Shown: positions 58,148 to 64,000 of the stretch, one piece after another
How the letters are laid out: every line of letters begins with the position of its first letter
Position numbering within the stretch: position 1 is the first letter of the stretch
NCBI RefSeq assembly: GCF_001194135.2
Contig: NC_068985.1
Location: forward strand, 106,765,681 to 106,829,680
Length of the DNA: 64,000 bases
Direction of reading: 5' to 3'
DNA from: Octopus bimaculoides
Taxonomy: Eukaryota
Notes under the pieces: generated by a model
Told to the model about the DNA's origin: nothing
Databases searched by the model: none
Seen by the model: the letters and a program-made list of their open reading frames with translations, nothing else
Position numbers and translations under genes: made by a program

Positions 58148-61100
58148 CACAAACTACATCTCATGTGCAAACAAAAATAAACAAGAAGGTGAAAGTCATT
58201 AAATTTCACATTCAAACAATAAATGTAACAATTTCTAACTATTTACAGTGCCCTCCTCATTTTTTTCATATAGTTAACATGCTATAAAGGCTGAGTTTCT
58301 CTTTCAAGGGTAAAGAAAAAAAATCACTTCAGTATTGCAAAGTTGGAAACTTAAATAAATATTAGCCGAGATGTAACAATTCACTAAATAGTCTAAGTAC
58401 ACCCCCAAATATATCAACTATACAGAAGCCATCCTCCAACTAAGCACAAGCACTTTATCTTCCTGTGACACATCAATGATTCAAGCTGTTCTTAAATACT
58501 GTACAAACTACATACTTCCCTAATACTTTCTATCAAAGATGCAGCTCTGTGGAAATTCCTATTCAGTAGTGCTTATTTTCCAGCTGCTAAATTTCAATAC
58601 TTCACACTGACTAACAATGGTAAAAATCTCATTAGGTTACCAATAATGATACTGAAAATCTAGCTGAAAGCAAAATACTGACATGGAAGAAAATTGTCCA
58701 TAAGCAACGAGCACCTAAGGAAAATACATGGATAAATAGGGAATACCTTAAAATCACTCTCTCCTGAAAATTCATCTTGATGAGGAACCAATGAAAAAGT
58801 TTTACAAAATAGCCAAAGAAAGCATACAAGAAATAACCTATTTAGTAAATTGTTACATCTCAGCTAACATTTCTTTTTCTCCATAACATCATGATGACAT
58901 GATATATCATCTTTTTAATGTTAGTTTAAGAAGGAATGGCAAGTGCCCATAAGCTTTCTCGGGGTCTCTTACACTGGTGGTATGAAGTTATCTCCAAATA
59001 GGAGATCAGGCCCAAATACTTGCAACAGACTGGATTCCACCATGGGTGCACATAAGCCAAGTGATAGTGCTAAACTAGGCAACATGTTTGAAGTATTAAA
59101 AAACAATATAGAAGACAATGCCACTAGTTTGAAGCTACTTAGAGTAAAGTTTCTAACAAATTAAACTTTACTAAAAATCTGACAAGAACAAGTGCCATAG
59201 AGAATGCGCAGGTTTCCTGCAAGTCTTTAGATTCCCAATTGACAGCATTTTACCTCAATCATGTTGCCTGGAAAATATGTGAACACCATTATATCACAAT
59301 ATTGATCATTGATAAATTTGAAATGGTGAGCTCCAGCAACAGACATGCATCCCATTCATATCATGGATCTCAATATGCCTAAGTAAAATAGAAGGGGATG
59401 AAATATTCCAGATCATCAATACATTTTTGTGGAAACTATTGAAAGTTTGCATTAAAGCAACCACCATCACTACAAGGAATAGCAAAATATTAATGTATCA
59501 TTAAGATGAAGCTGCAGTAAAATAGATGGAGCCAATAACAAGGGCAAATTCATATTACAAATAGGGATTCAATAAAGTAGAATTCTTATTCCTGAATATT
59601 ACAAAAGACAGTATACAAAATCAAGTGTTACTGTGTATTTAATTAAGCTAATATATCAATACAAACAAATGTTGCTCACTCTACAAAATAAAAAAAGAAA
59701 AATCAATACTTATACATTTTCAATGGTGTCTAGAAAGTTATTACATATGTATCACCATCATTTTACATGCACTTTTCATGCTGAAATGATTTGGATGGGT
59801 TGTCACAGCCTGTCACAGGTTGATTTGGAGTTACTACCTTTCTAGACAGGAGGACTGCATCTCACTCATATATTTTGCTTTAAGCTTTGTTTCTATGAAT
59901 GGGTGCCATCCTATTACCAACCACTTTACAGATAGTACTGGCTGCATTTCATTGCAGCATCAGCACAAGAGAAGTTGTCATATCCTCAACTCGATAATAT
60001 ATTGGCAGAGACACGAGAACCTCTCCACATTGTCTCCTTGTTTGCCAATCACATTTTAGATTGTACTGAGAGTATTCTATCATGGCACCGTCACAAGTTA
60101 GGATGCTTTGTACCTCATAAAACTAAAGAGTTTTCACTAATATGTTCATTCACACAAGGCAATGTGACTAAGGTGAGTAGCAGAGAGAGTGATGATAGAA
60201 GAAACAAGATGGGTGAATGAACAAGAGTATTATGAAAGGAACAGAGTAATTGCATTGAGAGGATGTTTCAATAAGTGAGAAAGTGGTGGGTAGAGGAACA
60301 ATTGTAAGGGTGTGTGGTAGATATCAATAACAAGAACCAACATTAAAAAAATTCATTTCAAGTGAACCTCTAAGTGATCACTTGAGTTATTAAAAATAGC
60401 AAAAATTTCCCTCAAATTACACCCTACCATCTTGAAAAAAAAAAAAAAAAAGGACACTGGCTGTTACAATACAAAACATACTATGTAAAAATAAAAGGTG
60501 GCTAGATTATAGCTGGAATTTCTTTGGTCTCCAGCATTAGGGTTGATATAGGAGAAAAATAACTCCTTTGTATAAAGTGATACAGAATATTATCAAATTC
60601 ATCATCAAATTTCTGACACCTGAACATCTTCACTTCTCAATACTTGTGTAAGCTGCTAAGTAGAATATGAAGAAGGCGAAGTGTTCCAAACATCAAAAGT
60701 TAAGGTAAGGCTGTAGATATAGATGATACTGGCATGACAGCAAGTTTATTTTCCATACTCAACCTAACTATGGAGTAAATTCATGGATTTTAGCCATCAA
60801 TGCAAATGTAATCTAATCAAAATACGTTACTTAGTGTGGTCAGTCCAAAGAGGCTATTATATAATTTCAATGTGAACAGGAAAAAAAAAAAGTGAGAGGG
60901 GGATTGACTGGACTATACTTTCAAATATATTTACATTCTCATCAGCAATGAATTACCCTACTCTTAACATACTTTAAACAAATTACATAATAGCAAAGAT
61001 TTTTTTTTTTTTGTCTTTCTTAAATACATTTTCACAGAGTCAGTTAAGTTACTAAGAGTAGGGTAAGTAATTGCTGATGAGAACATAATCATGATTAAAA

Positions 61101-63715
61101 CTATAGTTCAGGTGACCCCTCTTTTTCTATCTGCTGTAAAACTATATATATGACAGTTGTTGACAACTATCCAATGTATCTAATTATTTCTAATTAGTTT
61201 ACACATACAATGATGGCTAAAAATTTATGTTTACCTTATAATAAACTTAATATATAGAAGAGAAATAAAAGACCAAATTGATAAATATTTATTTCACTAC
61301 TTGATAAGGGGTTGTGGGAGCAAAAGAACTGCAATTATTTCACAGTCAGGGTACTAAATTCTACCTTGAAGTTCACAGATTTTTGAGAAAGTTACCTGTA
61401 ATGGATTGTCAATATAGATTGGCATGGAAGAAAATTTATCTCAGATTGATTTTAATAATGTAGAATCTGGAGGTAATGACAGGATTTATGGACTTCTGTG
61501 ACTAATTGAGAGATTTATCAATTAGAAAGTCGGAAAACAATAGGTTGGAAACCGCACTAGCAAACAAGAGCCAGTTTATCCTGTAAATATAATTATAATG
61601 ACTCAAAGTATTAGGTTGGCAGCATCACAACCACCAACATTATCATTACCATTGATTTCATATCTGTTTGTTGTTGTCCATCACAGCACAAACTGACATG
61701 GACTGCAAGCTATCATCTCTCAATTCATTTCTATCATTCATCATTTCAATGATGAGGCTTAACATTTTAACAGATATGATCCAACTACTTTATTCCTGGC
61801 AACTAGTGGTATGTTTCACACAGCAAACTATTTCTATTGCCACCTCCACCACAACCAACATCACCACCATTATTACCACCATCTATTCTCATCATCTGAC
61901 CACACAAACAGTTATCTCTCCTGCATATATTAACCCAATAGCTTTCACTACACACGCAACACACAAAACACATAAGTCCAATTCTCATGTTAGCCAACCA
62001 ATAGATTGTTTAAGTCACTATCCTACAGTTTTTCAATACATTTCTGCTGCACAAATCAAACCAGCCATAGAAATATTCTCTGAATCAGCTGACTGTATAC
62101 ACAGCTCTTGTCTAGATATCACAACTTACCTATCACACCCCATGAACCACTACAGCCTCCAATAGCTTCTTCAATCCTATGTACTTTATCATGTCAGCTG
62201 CATCAGTGCTATTTGATGCCTTCCTATTGATTACTCATCAACCTATTTAACAGTCAACATCTATTTATTGTATTTCTAAAATAATACTGAGTAAATCACC
62301 CCACCATCCCACTTACTATAACTAAATTATATAGATGTGAATAGCACTGTTCACATCTAAATAATACAGATATGAAATAGGTTTATTTAAAGCTTCCTTT
62401 AACAAAAAGAGATCTATAATGCAACAAAATATTAATACTTCTTTTCAAATTCAAATGATGCCTCCTTGTTAGAAAAGAACTGCTTTGATTTCTTATTTTA
62501 ATTGTATTCACCTTAACAAGAGAGCTATATCACTTAACCTTCTAAAAATAGAAGCCAAAGCTTTCTCAAATCATATCCTACCATCTATAAAAAAAAAGGA
62601 AGATCACATTGGAGAATGTAATCTCAGATATACTATGTGTAAATGAAAGATACAATGACCACTGTGGAGAGAAGAAACGATATGGGAAGTTGATATGTTG
62701 TCAAACTACCAACTAAAATTCTATCAAGTGACACTGCCATCTTAAATAAAAGAAACTAAATAGTGTAAACATATATACTAAGTCTGAATACAAGGTTTTT
62801 CATAATGTAAACAAGGCAGCATAGTTATAACAAGAACATATTCAACTATATCTTCAGGATCAGAGTTGGCTTTAGGATAAAAAACAAAAAACAAGAAAGT
62901 TCAAAGGTTCATATTCAGTCACTGTCACACTACAAGTATGTGACATGATACTTAATTTTCAATGGCTAGGAGTAGATGTCAGAGTGCTAAAGGAATCTGA
63001 AACAGTGCAAAACTGATAACTGTTTTGTTGGTTTATAATAATGTATTCAGTTTAAACTATGGATATACTTTGGACCTGTATGAAAACCCATATTGTACGA
63101 AGACCTATCCTTCAAACAATACATGAAGATGGTTTGGGGCCATGCAAAGGCAAAAGAAAAAAACAGAAAATATCAGATAACCAACTTATGTGGCATGAAT
63201 TGAAAACTGCTGGATATATTGTTCTGTGAGCCTAAAGTGTTAAACATTCCAGTGTCACTTGGTAGGGCCTTTATTTTATTTTATAAATCTTGTTCTCTAA
63301 AAACATGTACCAGACGTTTTGAGGAACTTTATTCCTAATAAACTGGAGTCATATCAACAAAGAGGTTTATCCCTCATCTATCTGGCAAGAAGAAAAATCT
63401 AAAAAACAAAGCACCATCTATATGACATACTGGAAGTTCTATAGGAGACAGTAGCAACAGCTGTAACAGCCATAGGAGAAGTAGCAACAACTGAAGCAGA
63501 ATGCTGTACATTTGATGAATGTTTTACCAGCTTACAGATAGATACCAGGTCAACTTGCTCTATATATACTGCACAAAAGACAAATCTTCAGTGGTGCCCC
63601 AACAACACAATATATTAGAGTTCAATGTGACCACCATTGCAAGCCATCTCCAACAGTTTCAAACTTGTCATTTCTCACAATATAAATATTTAAGAAACAT
63701 TTTGGCAATGAGAAC

Positions 63716-64000
63716 ATCATCATCATCATCATCATCACCGTTTAACGTCCGCCTTCCATGCTAGCATGGGTTGGACGATTTGACTGAGGACTGGTGAAAC
63801 CGGATGGCAACACCAGGCTCCAATCTAATTTGGCAGAGTTTCTACAGCTGGATGCCCTTCCTAACGCCAACCACTCAGAGAGTGTAGTGGGTGCTTTTAC
63901 GTGTCACCCACACGAAAACGGCCACGCTCGAAATGGTGTCTTTTATGTGCCACCCACACAAGAGCCAGTCCAGGGGCACTGGCAACGATCCCGCTCGAAA
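63716..64000 (-). mobile_element. Young repeat family C element, (ATG)n-tailed, runs off the window
   Basis: (cat)n accgtttaacgtccgccttccatgctagcatgggttggacg...gtttctacagctggatgcccttcctaacgccaaccac; CpGs retained. Confidence 0.9.

Larger units (their letters stand above)
50662..64000 (-). other. CaMKII: CaMKII intron continuing past the right edge (>13.3 kb)
   Basis: AG acceptor at 50662-50663. I found no GAFSVVRRC...AAKIINTKKLSAR exon by eye. Confidence 0.7.

Noticed and set aside
58632-58829. LLSAR motif resembling the end of the upstream CaMKII exon (KKLSAR)
   Set aside because: No KIINTKK before it and no GT donor after it.
60600-60800. Possible hAT transposase remnant (minus strand LTFDVWNT...)
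   Set aside because: A single short motif; not enough to call by eye.
61668-62165. 165-aa ORF, one of the longest in the track
   Set aside because: T/H/S/I-rich low-complexity product of a decayed ACC/ATC-rich tract; no domain and no ATG start.
63060-63250. Possible Tc1 transposase remnant (MVWG)
   Set aside because: A four-residue match with no supporting DDE motifs in order.

Overview
AT-rich eukaryotic DNA packed with repeats. The repeat families match those I recognise from octopus genomes, so the species call is inferred, not database-confirmed. The whole window lies inside one minus-strand gene, Ca2+/calmodulin-dependent protein kinase II (CaMKII). Three small kinase-domain exons are present: 50602-50661, 44459-44513 and 19477-19542 (60, 55 and 66 nt, all AG/GT-bounded). 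They splice in frame to (D)[59 protein letters not shown](S). I did not find the flanking exons, so only 181 of 64000 nt are coding. Almost all ORFs in the supplied track are microsatellite or transposon noise. The introns hold several tRNA-derived SINE families, relics of R4/Dong-, RTE-, Tx1/L1- and CR1-type LINEs, a Tigger/pogo transposase relic, hAT MITEs, minisatellites and several fold-back structures. Two observations stand out. One is a minimal Penelope-type hammerhead ribozyme motif (56559-56604) in the sense of the CaMKII pre-mRNA, half buried in a 77-bp inverted repeat. The other is a 72-nt tRNA-like cloverleaf (37818-37889) on an extended acceptor stem, nested in a 109-bp inverted repeat. 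There is one assembly gap, with a probably artefactual duplication, at about 1.2-1.6 kb.
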